Positions 16,017 to 24,132 of a stretch of 43,083 nt of DNA are shown here, one piece after another; position 1 is the first letter of the stretch, and the number at the start of each line of letters is the position of its first letter. Source of the DNA: Patescibacteria group bacterium UBA918 (GTDB lineage Bacteria > Patescibacteriota > Minisyncoccia > Phycocordibacterales > UBA918); NCBI GenBank assembly GCA_002293845.1, contig DBEA01000016.1, positions 30,836 to 73,918 on the forward strand, given 5' to 3'. Position numbers and translations under genes: made by a program. The notes below the pieces were generated by a model. That model was not told the origin of the DNA. It made no database searches and saw only the letters and a program-made list of their open reading frames with translations.

Positions 16017-17816
16017 ATGGGCATTTTCGATCTTTTAAAAAAAGGTGGTACCAAGCAAGAGGGTATTCTCGATACCGAAAGCGCTTTGATGACGCTCGAG
16101 GACGTAGTGGCTCCCTCGGCCGTCCGAGTCGACCCGCGTAGCATAAACATCAGCGGCATGAACGCCCGCGTGTTCTTTGCCGTGTCATATCCGCGCTATC
16201 TCAACGACGGCTGGCTCGAACCGATACTCGACCTCGAGAAAGAACTCGACGTCTCTATAGTGATACACCCGATCGACACCGCCGAAACTTTAAAGAAATT
16301 TCAAAAGAAAGTAGCCGAGGTCCAGAGTCAGATCAACGCCAATGAGGAGAAGGGGATGGTGCGCGATCCACAACTCGAGGCCGCTTACCGCAACCTCGAA
16401 GACCTACGTGACAAGCTCCAACAAGCGGAGGAGAAGCTCTTCGACGTCGGTCTCTACATCGCGGTCTATGGCGCCGACGAGGAATCCCTCAACAAGACCG
16501 AAGCGGAAGTGAAAGGCATATTGGACTCGCGTCTGGTATATCTAAAGCCGGCTCTGTTCCAGCAGGAACAGGGTCTCAGGAGCGTTCTACCGACCATGAC
16601 CGACGAGCTTATGGTGCACAGCAAGTTCAACTCGAGCCCGCTATCGAGTTTCTTCCCGTTCACTTCTTTCGACCTAACCTCGGACACCGGCATTTTATAC
16701 GGCATTAACCGCCATAACTCCAGTCTGGTCCTATTCGACCGTTTTTCGCTTACCAACTACAACTCGGTCACTTTCGCCACTTCGGGTGCCGGCAAATCCT
16801 ACACCACTAAGTTGGAGATCTTGCGTTCCTTGATGTTCGGTACCGAAGTCATCGTCATCGACCCGGAAAGGGAGTACGAATACTTGGCCGAAGCCACTGG
16901 CGGACGATTCTTCAACATTTCGCTCTCGAGCGCTCACCACATTAACCCTTTCGATCTGCCCGATCCGGAAGAGAATGAGGACCCTGAAGACCTACTACGT
17001 TCCCACATCATCGAACTGATCGGTCTGATGCGATTGATGCTCGGGGGATTGTCGCCCGAGGAAGAGACGATAATCGACCAAGCTCTACACGAAGTATACG
17101 CGCTCAAAGACATCAACGGCGACGCTTCCTGGAAGGGTATGGAATCGCCCCTTTTGACGGACTTCGAGATGGTACTGGCCGGCATGGATGGCAGCGACTC
17201 CTTGATCGCCAGGCTCCAAAAATACACCTCCGGCACTTGGTCGGGCTTCATGAACCAGCCCACCAACGTCGACATAAATCAAAAGTTCGTCGTTTTCTCG
17301 CTTCGCGACATGGAGGACGAACTTAAGACCGTGGCGATGTATATCATCATGAACCATATCTGGAACATGGTGCGCCGTCGACTACAAAAGCGCCTCATGG
17401 TCATCGACGAGGCCTGGTGGATGATGAAGAGCGAGGACACCGCCTCTTTCTTGTTCTCGCTGGCTAAACGGGGTCGTAAATATTACCTCGGCATCGCCAC
17501 CATCACTCAAGACGTGGATGACTTCCTTCGTTCTCCTTATGGCGTGCCGATGATCACCAACTCATCCCTGCAATTTCTGATGAAGCAGTCGCCGACATCG
17601 ATCGATCTCGTGCAACGCACTTTCAACCTGACGGACGAGGAGAAACTTCTACTTCTCGAGAGTAATGTGGGGGAGGGCATATTCTTCGTCGGTCTCAAGC
17701 ACGTGGCCATCAAGGTTATCGCCAGCTACACGGAGGATCAGATCATCACTTCCGATCCGCATCAGCTCCTACAGATCAAACAAGCGCGCGCCGAACTAAA
17801 GGCGGCGCAGGGGTAG
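16017..17816 (+). CDS. virB4: VirB4-family type IV secretion ATPase
   Basis: 599 aa. Walker A 'TSGAGKSYT', Walker B 'LMVIDEAWWM', 'ATITQD'. The N-terminal 'YPRYLNDGWLEPIL' region is typical of VirB4. Confidence 0.88.
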   Translation: MGIFDLLKKGGTKQEGILDTESALMTLEDVVAPSAVRVDPRSINISGMNARVFFAVSYPRYLNDGWLEPILDLEKELDVSIVIHPIDTAETLKKFQKKVAEVQSQINANEEKGMVRDPQLEAAYRNLEDLRDKLQQAEEKLFDVGLYIAVYGADEESLNKTEAEVKGILDSRLVYLKPALFQQEQGLRSVLPTMTDELMVHSKFNSSPLSSFFPFTSFDLTSDTGILYGINRHNSSLVLFDRFSLTNYNSVTFATSGAGKSYTTKLEILRSLMFGTEVIVIDPEREYEYLAEATGGRFFNISLSSAHHINPFDLPDPEENEDPEDLLRSHIIELIGLMRLMLGGLSPEEETIIDQALHEVYALKDINGDASWKGMESPLLTDFEMVLAGMDGSDSLIARLQKYTSGTWSGFMNQPTNVDINQKFVVFSLRDMEDELKTVAMYIIMNHIWNMVRRRLQKRLMVIDEAWWMMKSEDTASFLFSLAKRGRKYYLGIATITQDVDDFLRSPYGVPMITNSSLQFLMKQSPTSIDLVQRTFNLTDEEKLLLLESNVGEGIFFVGLKHVAIKVIASYTEDQIITSDPHQLLQIKQARAELKAAQG

Positions 17817-17820
17817 AATT

Positions 17821-18450
17821 ATGTCGAATCTAGCACGGAAAGTAGTCAAAAAGGTGAGCAGGCGAGCCGATGCGGCGCTAGAACGTCCCGAATTACTGCG
17901 CAGAGTCAGGGCTCGCGAGCGCCGGAGAGATCGGGAACGCAACCCGCTCACACCAGAGGAACGCTCGATTCAACAAGCGAACGCTCGAAGACTTACCGGC
18001 GGCACTAGAGGACTGATCCGCCTCGCTCGGGGCAAAGGTCCGGCCAGTGCCTCTTTAATAATGGTAGCCACCGCTTCATGGGCCATCATCGCCGGCACAG
18101 CTTTTTTATGGCCGGTCCAAGCGATCATGGCTGTTGTATCGATCGGCACACTGGGTACCTTGCTGGTCTTGGACACGGAATGGGTCGGGTATCTCGATCT
18201 GTTCGGCTGGGTCTCTAGTTGGGGACAGGAAATGTTTTTTATCTCCCTCATTATCGTCTTCATCATCGGCTTTTTAGTGATGCTGACGGCTATATCCGTT
18301 TACACCATCAGGGGAGTCAGTATCGGCCAAAACCTCAGTATATTTGTCATGGCGATTTGTTTAGCCCTGTACGCGGTGCCAGTCGCAAATCTATTTCCTT
18401 GGATGTGGTTGTGGTGCTTCTACGTGGTGAAAAGCCAAGCGGACAGGTGA
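17821..18450 (+). CDS. hypothetical 4-TM membrane protein with an Arg-rich N-terminus (T4SS-like operon)
   Basis: 209 aa, starting 4 nt after virB4. Arg-rich first ~70 aa, then four hydrophobic helices. Confidence 0.6.
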   Translation: MSNLARKVVKKVSRRADAALERPELLRRVRARERRRDRERNPLTPEERSIQQANARRLTGGTRGLIRLARGKGPASASLIMVATASWAIIAGTAFLWPVQAIMAVVSIGTLGTLLVLDTEWVGYLDLFGWVSSWGQEMFFISLIIVFIIGFLVMLTAISVYTIRGVSIGQNLSIFVMAICLALYAVPVANLFPWMWLWCFYVVKSQADR

Positions 18451-18474
18451 CGAGTTGCGTTATACTTTAGGGAC

Positions 18475-19209
18475 ATGAACAGTTCGATCAAATCGACCGT
18501 CTTTCTGGGGTTTTGGCTGTTGCCCAGCATCGCGGCCGCGCAAATGTTTGCGCCTATCACAAGCATGCTCACCACCGCGAACGAAGCTCCCACACCTTCC
18601 GGATCCGTCGACGTAGTGATCGAGGGACAGACCTACAAACCCTCTTTCTACTCAGGTCGCGCCGAGCCCACTACCGGTAATGTTATTAGATTAGTGGCCA
18701 TACCAGCCGGACGAGACCCTCAAGACTTCACCTACCAATGGACGGTGAATGGTAACGGCATCGCGGCAACCGGGCCAGTGGCCACTTTCTCAGACCTGTT
18801 CAGTACCAAACTGCGCGTCTCAGTGAACGTGGTCGATAATGACGGCGCCTTGTGGGCACGGAAAGACGAGATGATAACTCTATCAAAGCCACAGGTAGTA
18901 TTCTACGAAGAGAATGTGCTTAGGGGTCACGGTTCGCGCGCCATAGTCGACAGCCACACCCTGATCGGGGAAGAGGGAGTGATCCGTGCCGAACCATACT
19001 TTATCGGCCTGCAAGCCGATCCCGCTTCGTATCGCACCGCATGGAAAGTAAGCGGTGGCCCAGTCGATTCCGGCGGCGATTGGCGCGAACTTTTGTTACA
19101 ACGACCACAAAGTCCGCTCTCCAACTACCGGATCGAATTTTCCGCTCGCAACAATGACAACCTCGCGGAAGTTATCAGCGGGGGTTTCGACCTCAACTTC
19201 GGCCTATGA
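18475..19209 (+). CDS. hypothetical secreted protein with Ig/PKD-like repeats
   Basis: 244 aa. Signal peptide (FLGFWLLPSIAAAQ). 'FTYQWTVNGNG...VSVNVVDNDG' looks PKD-like, and a second similar module follows. Confidence 0.5.
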   Translation: MNSSIKSTVFLGFWLLPSIAAAQMFAPITSMLTTANEAPTPSGSVDVVIEGQTYKPSFYSGRAEPTTGNVIRLVAIPAGRDPQDFTYQWTVNGNGIAATGPVATFSDLFSTKLRVSVNVVDNDGALWARKDEMITLSKPQVVFYEENVLRGHGSRAIVDSHTLIGEEGVIRAEPYFIGLQADPASYRTAWKVSGGPVDSGGDWRELLLQRPQSPLSNYRIEFSARNNDNLAEVISGGFDLNFGL

Positions 19210-19706
19210 AATACTTAATCCTTATACCCGTCACCATTTGCTTGCCACTACTGGCACATGCCGAGTTCGAGCCTTTTCAGACCTTGCCAGGACTACAAAA
19301 CGCCGGCAGTTTGACCACCCAGCAGTACATCAACGCGCTTTACGTCATCGCCATCGCGGCCGCGTCCATACTGGCGGTCTTTAAGCTTATGTGGGCGGGG
19401 GTGCAGTACATGCTGTCGGATGTCGTTACTAGCAAACAAAAGGCTAAAGGTGATATTCAAGGTGCTCTTCTTGGTCTCTTGATTATCCTGGCGGCTGTCA
19501 CCATTTTGAACACTATTAATCCAAATCTCACGCAGATTAATTTTTTGCGAAATGCCGCTCCTGTTAATCCAGTACAAGGCAGCAATACAACACCGGAGGA
19601 AAATATAGTTAACGTCGTAGAAACTGAAATTGACTGTGGGGAAGAATTACGTTCATGCGGGGCGACAGATGAATCTGGAATGAATAATTGCACTTGTATC
19701 GACTAA
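19206..19706 (+). CDS. VirB2/TrbC-like pilin candidate with a Cys-rich C-terminal tail
   Basis: 166 aa overlapping the upstream stop by 4 nt. Signal peptide ending 'LLAHA', two hydrophobic helices flanking a basic loop (SKQKAKGD), and a tail with 4 Cys. Confidence 0.55.
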   Translation: MKYLILIPVTICLPLLAHAEFEPFQTLPGLQNAGSLTTQQYINALYVIAIAAASILAVFKLMWAGVQYMLSDVVTSKQKAKGDIQGALLGLLIILAAVTILNTINPNLTQINFLRNAAPVNPVQGSNTTPEENIVNVVETEIDCGEELRSCGATDESGMNNCTCID

Positions 19707-19707
19707 A

Positions 19708-20970
19708 ATGAAACGAACATTATTTATCATCATAGGAGGGGCGGCCTTGTTCCTGATATTTTCTTTATGGCTCTACTTGCTCCTTTTTGGGACACCGCGC
19801 TCGGTAAGTGAGGTGGTTGGCGATTTTGGTTTTGGTGATGTGACCGTCACCCCTATAAGTCCCGCCGAAACATCCACCGACGACACCACGCGGCAAATCG
19901 ATCTTTCGACTGCCGGTACGCTATATCAACTAACATCCAAACCAGTCGCTGGTTTTGCTATCACGGCTACTGAAGACGGGCTTCGTGTGCTCTACGCTGA
20001 ACGCGGCACCGGTCACGTGTATCAGATTGATGTTGTCACCGGCGAAGAAACCAGGTTGTCACAAAAGACATTGGTAGCCGTCAACCGGGCCTTCTTCGCT
20101 CCAGACGGTAGTGCCGTAGTACTGGTAGGGGAGACAACCGTTGGTTCAGTCGCGCACTTGGAAGAGTTGACTACCGATAGCCTAACGCACAATTTCCCAG
20201 AGAATGCTGACAACATTGCATTCACTGACAACCGAGAGGTTCGTTACACCGTCACGAGCCAGAACGGCACCGCCGGTTATGTCTATGACTTGGAGGCGGC
20301 CGCGACTGCCCAATTATTCGCTACCCCCCTACGAGACGTGCAGGTAACCTGGAACACGGACGAGCCTTTGATATACCCTCGCACCGCCCCAACCTTGCGC
20401 GGTCGGCTCTATAGTGTTTCGGGCAGTAGTAACTTAATGCCCACCGGTACGGCCGGGGTTTCTTTCAGTGCTCTCGCCAGTCCTGTTTTCTTGGGTTTAA
20501 AAATTGAAACGTACACGCATCCTAAAAGTGGAAACTTAGTCTCTTATGCCAGCCTTGGCGATGCTGAAACCATTACTCTGGGCACCACCGCCTTGCCGGA
20601 AAAATGTGCCTTCGACCCAAGCTCAATGGTGTTGATCTGGTGCGCGTCGCCGGTTGGGCTAATGACACCAAAAAGCCAAGCCGATTGGTACAAGGGGCTA
20701 ACGAGCTTCACGGACTCTTTGTGGCGCATCGACCTAACCAATAACGGCACGGCTACGGAGGTCGATAACCTCACCAAGACCAGTGGCCGACAGGTTGACG
20801 TCACGGATCTCCAAATTGACGCCACTGGTAGCACTCTCTTGTTTAAAAATAAAAACGATGACACCCTTTGGCTTAAGCGCCTATCACAACCAACATCGCC
20901 AGACCTAAACGCGGCGACGGATGAAGAACTCTTGGGCGATGGCGAAGAGGTTACTGACGGTGAAATATAG
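19708..20970 (+). CDS. hypothetical N-terminally anchored protein (possible beta-propeller), last gene of the operon
   Basis: 420 aa. N-terminal TM helix (LFIIIGGAALFLIFSLWLYLLLF), beta-rich body. The acidic tail is encoded antisense to the yidC 3' end. Confidence 0.55.
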   Translation: MKRTLFIIIGGAALFLIFSLWLYLLLFGTPRSVSEVVGDFGFGDVTVTPISPAETSTDDTTRQIDLSTAGTLYQLTSKPVAGFAITATEDGLRVLYAERGTGHVYQIDVVTGEETRLSQKTLVAVNRAFFAPDGSAVVLVGETTVGSVAHLEELTTDSLTHNFPENADNIAFTDNREVRYTVTSQNGTAGYVYDLEAAATAQLFATPLRDVQVTWNTDEPLIYPRTAPTLRGRLYSVSGSSNLMPTGTAGVSFSALASPVFLGLKIETYTHPKSGNLVSYASLGDAETITLGTTALPEKCAFDPSSMVLIWCASPVGLMTPKSQADWYKGLTSFTDSLWRIDLTNNGTATEVDNLTKTSGRQVDVTDLQIDATGSTLLFKNKNDDTLWLKRLSQPTSPDLNAATDEELLGDGEEVTDGEI

Positions 20971-21627
20971 GGCCACCGAGGCGGACAGGGTATAGGCAAT
21001 AAAACCAATCATAACCGGGAGTACGTACCGCATGTTGAGATGCATACTGCGCGCAAAGTCGTCCTTCATACTGGACGGTCCATCCTTCTTCGGCGGCAAG
21101 GCAGGTAGCGAGATCTGGGCTTGAACGAACTGTGTCACGCCGGCCAATATCGCTAGCGGCAGACTCTTGGCGGCAATGTCGACGAACCCGAGGAATATCA
21201 TGTCGGCGGTTTCGGGAGTGGGAATGAACGAATATAACAAATCGGCATTGATGCCGGGAAGCGGCACGCCACCGCCTCGGGCCACAGAGAAGTACAAAGC
21301 GATGACGATCGGTATCTGTAGGAACATCAGGAAGATCCCTGAAAAAGGATTGATACCGGCCTCGCGATAAATTTCCATTGTGGCGCGCGCCAGCGCTTCG
21401 CGGTCGTCCTTATGTTTTTCGCGGATATCGTTCAATTTCGGCTCCACTTCCTTCATCATCTTTTGCATCCTCGATGCCTTGATCGATAGCGGCAAAAGCA
21501 CGAATTTTACCAAAATGGTTATAGCGACGATCGCCAGACCGACGTCGCTTCCAGGAATAATGTCGATAAAAAAGACGAGACCGTTGTAGATCGGATCGAA
21601 GAAGAAAGTGTGCCACACGTAGCTCAT
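20905..21627 (-). CDS. yidC: membrane protein insertase YidC (short form)
   Basis: 240 aa. 'LPLSIKASRMQKMMKEVEPKLNDIREKHKDD...MEIYREAGINPF' and multiple TM helices. Lies in the conserved rpmH-rnpA-yidC order. Confidence 0.9.
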   Translation of the reverse strand: MSYVWHTFFFDPIYNGLVFFIDIIPGSDVGLAIVAITILVKFVLLPLSIKASRMQKMMKEVEPKLNDIREKHKDDREALARATMEIYREAGINPFSGIFLMFLQIPIVIALYFSVARGGGVPLPGINADLLYSFIPTPETADMIFLGFVDIAAKSLPLAILAGVTQFVQAQISLPALPPKKDGPSSMKDDFARSMHLNMRYVLPVMIGFIAYTLSASVALYFTVSNLFAIAQEFFIRRRV

Positions 21628-21632
21628 AGGTT

Positions 21633-21962
21633 TTAGTTTTTAGCTGGTAGTACCATCGATCGCTCCAAACATGCTTTCAAATCAGCAAACTTCGCTCCCG
21701 CGGCGGCGGGCCTTGTCAGGATAATATACACGCCCTTGAGATCTCGGTCACGCGAAAGGCGATAGAGGATATTGTAAATACGACGACGCAGTCGATTGCG
21801 GTCGACCGCGCGCTTGTGAACCTTCTTGCCGACCACGACAGCGCCATGGAACGAGTCGGACTCCTGGAATACCAGGGTGAAAAGTGTCTCATGACGCCGG
21901 CGGCCGGTAGCAAAAAAGCGATCGAACTCCTTTTTGGTCAATCGCTCTTTTTTCTTCAACAT
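21633..21962 (-). CDS. rnpA: ribonuclease P protein component
   Basis: 109 aa, basic, with 'AVDRNRLRRRIY' (RNR motif). Sits between rpmH and yidC. Confidence 0.88.
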   Translation of the reverse strand: MLKKKERLTKKEFDRFFATGRRRHETLFTLVFQESDSFHGAVVVGKKVHKRAVDRNRLRRRIYNILYRLSRDRDLKGVYIILTRPAAAGAKFADLKACLERSMVLPAKN

Positions 21963-21966
21963 AATT

Positions 21967-22063
21967 TTAGAAAGTAGTGATTAGAAAGCGGTAAGTAGTA
22001 TAACGACAACCGCGCAAATGGCGAGTCGCCGCCCACTTTCTAATTCTACCGACTACTTACTAG
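21967..22063 (-). repeat. ORF-less long hairpin of the AGTAG/CTACT motif family filling the rpmH-rnpA spacer
   Basis: Outer stem 21967-21978/22052-22063 (11 of 12 positions paired). Inner stem 21979-21988/22036-22045 (10 bp). It covers the rpmH stop and ends 5 nt from the rnpA ATG. Confidence 0.6.
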
Positions 22064-22202
22064 GGCGCACGGCCAGCTGAGCGCGACCCTTGCGACGACG
22101 AGCCTTGAGAACATTGGTGCCCTTAGGGCTGTTCTTGCGGGCCAAAAAGCCGTGAGTGGTCATGCGCTTCTTTTTGCTCGGTTGATAGGTTCTTTTTGGC
22201 AT
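22053..22202 (-). CDS. rpmH: 50S ribosomal protein L34
   Basis: Absent from the ORF track because it is under 60 aa. My translation is [49 protein letters not shown] (49 aa plus TAG). Confidence 0.93.
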   Translation of the reverse strand: MPKRTYQPSKKKRMTTHGFLARKNSPKGTNVLKARRRKGRAQLAVRPSK

Positions 22203-22225
22203 ATCGAAATTAAAATGTTTCGACA

Positions 22226-22253
22226 ACTATACACCATTTCGAGCCTTTGTCCA
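22226..22253 (-). promoter_or_regulatory. candidate rpmH promoter
   Basis: On the minus strand: TGGACA, 16-nt spacer, TATAGT. The -10 box lies about 25 nt upstream of the rpmH ATG. Confidence 0.5.
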
Positions 22254-22370
22254 CCCAACGACGACTCTCATGTGGTGCCGAACACCAGACACGATACTTG
22301 GTCGTTATTGGAAGTCGACATTGTTAAAAGAAAAAAATGTTGCTGAATTGTCGAAAAGTATGCCGATCGG

Positions 22371-22398
22371 TTTACAGTATCGGAGTCCGGAGTATAAT
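22371..22398 (+). promoter_or_regulatory. candidate dnaA promoter
   Basis: TTTACA (22371-22376), 16-nt spacer, TATAAT (22393-22398), 29 nt upstream of the dnaA ATG. Confidence 0.55.
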
Positions 22399-22427
22399 TC
22401 TCTCTACTTGCAGTAGAAATAGGTGTT

Positions 22428-23807
22428 ATGTCTCAAACCTCTCCATCGATCATCAATAACATCCTACAGACGGAACAGGTGGACACCAAAAAATTATGGG
22501 ACGATGCTTTGGTGGCCATAGAGCTAGGAATAACCCCCGCGAACTTCAAGACATGGTTCCGCGACACTCGTATCGTGTCGCTAGAGGACGGAACTGTGAC
22601 TTTGGGAGTGCCTAGTGTTTTCGTGCGCGACTGGCTTCAAGACAAATTTCAATCGATGATACTGCGTGTACTGCGAGAAAACACTCCCCACGTACGTAAC
22701 ATCGAATACGCTGTAGTCGCCAGAACCGAGAAAAAGCAAGAGAACCGCACCCAAAGCGTCAACGCCGCCCTACCACTCGAAGAATACTACATAAACAAGA
22801 GCGACAACCTGAATCCCCGATATACGTTCGACACGTTCGTGATCGGCCCTTTCAATGCCTTGGCCCACGCCGCGGCCAAGACAGTGAGTGAAAAACCCGG
22901 CATTACTTACAATCCACTGTTCATCTATGGAAAGACCGGCCACGGCAAGACGCACCTGATTCAGGCGGTGGGAAACCAACTCAAAAAAACCGGGAAAAAA
23001 GTGTTTTATGCGACCGCTGAACGCTTCACTGTCGACTACTTCAACTCTTTGCAGAACGGCACCGCCAATAGTTTTAAGGACAAATATCGTCAGTACGACG
23101 TGTTAGTGATGGACGATGTACAATTCCTCAATAGTAAAGAAAAAACCCAAGAGGAGTTATTCCACCTGTTCAACACCCTACACGACAACAATAAACAAAT
23201 AGTGTTTTCGAGTGATATCCATCCCGCGCTCCTATCCGGTATGGAGGAACGTTTACGTTCACGTTTCGCGGCCGGCATGATAGTGGACATACCGGCACCA
23301 GACCAAGAGTCTAGAGCGGCCATCCTGAGGGCTAAAGCCGCCCAAAACCACCTCACTTTGAGCGAGGATGTTATTCAACATTTGGCGGAGTCGATCAATG
23401 GCAACATTAGGGAATTGGAAGGTGCTTTAAACTCGATAATGTGCCAATCACAACTACTAGGCAGGATACTGCCGCTCGAGGAGGTGAAGGATATAATCAA
23501 AAACAGCGCCCGACCAAGAAGAAGTATGGCCATAGACGATGTGGTGGAAAAGGTAGCCAACTTTTTCAACATCGAACCTGCCTCTATTTATGAAAAGACG
23601 AGACGCAAAGAGGTGGTGAAGCCGAGGCAGCTCATAATGTATATCTTAAGGGAAGACTTTGCTGTGTCTTATCCGACGATCGGACAAAAACTAGGCGGCC
23701 GCGACCACACCACCGTTATCCATTCGTGTGAAAAGATCAAGAACGAATTAAAAAATGGCGGGGAACTGGAAGAGGAGGTGACCCAAATACGCGCCCTATT
23801 AAAGTGA
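22428..23807 (+). CDS. dnaA: chromosomal replication initiator DnaA
   Basis: 459 aa. Walker A 'GKTGHGKTHL', Walker B 'VLVMDDVQFL', and a C-terminal DNA-binding region 'GGRDHTTVIHSCEKI'. Confidence 0.95.
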   Translation: MSQTSPSIINNILQTEQVDTKKLWDDALVAIELGITPANFKTWFRDTRIVSLEDGTVTLGVPSVFVRDWLQDKFQSMILRVLRENTPHVRNIEYAVVARTEKKQENRTQSVNAALPLEEYYINKSDNLNPRYTFDTFVIGPFNALAHAAAKTVSEKPGITYNPLFIYGKTGHGKTHLIQAVGNQLKKTGKKVFYATAERFTVDYFNSLQNGTANSFKDKYRQYDVLVMDDVQFLNSKEKTQEELFHLFNTLHDNNKQIVFSSDIHPALLSGMEERLRSRFAAGMIVDIPAPDQESRAAILRAKAAQNHLTLSEDVIQHLAESINGNIRELEGALNSIMCQSQLLGRILPLEEVKDIIKNSARPRRSMAIDDVVEKVANFFNIEPASIYEKTRRKEVVKPRQLIMYILREDFAVSYPTIGQKLGGRDHTTVIHSCEKIKNELKNGGELEEEVTQIRALLK

Positions 23808-23822
23808 GCATTGGCGCCCTTA

Positions 23823-23852
23823 AGCAAAACCGGTCCATGGACCGGTTTTGCT
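23823..23852 (+). terminator. perfect palindromic hairpin after dnaA
   Basis: agcaaaaccggtcc/ggaccggttttgct is a perfect palindrome. It starts 16 nt after the dnaA stop and is followed by T-rich sequence. Confidence 0.7.
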
Positions 23853-24132
23853 TTATGTTGATAATTATGTTGATAAACCACCAACAATACCTGCTGTGGT
23901 TGTGACCTTCATATGGATAAATCGGTCCTAGAACGGGTTTTGTCTTGGTATTTACGCCATGAGTTCGGACATACCCATATTTATCCAGGGTCAACGATAG
24001 TGATCGTTGGTTATTTTGTCCATATTTATGAGCATATTATTCAGTTCTCAACATTTCCACACCCCTAATAATAAGGGTGTAAAAAAGATCGTTGGGCGAC
24101 AATCCACAGGGTGGTGGGTTATAATTCCAGCT
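23853..24132. promoter_or_regulatory. candidate oriC (DnaA-box cluster plus AT-rich stretch) in the dnaA-dnaN spacer
   Basis: Tandem tgttgataa (reverse complement TTATCAACA) at 23856-23864 and 23868-23876. tatggataa (reverse complement TTATCCATA) at 23912-23920. TTATCCAGG at 23981-23989 and cAATCCACA at 24100-24108. AT-rich run at about 24020-24055. Confidence 0.5.
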
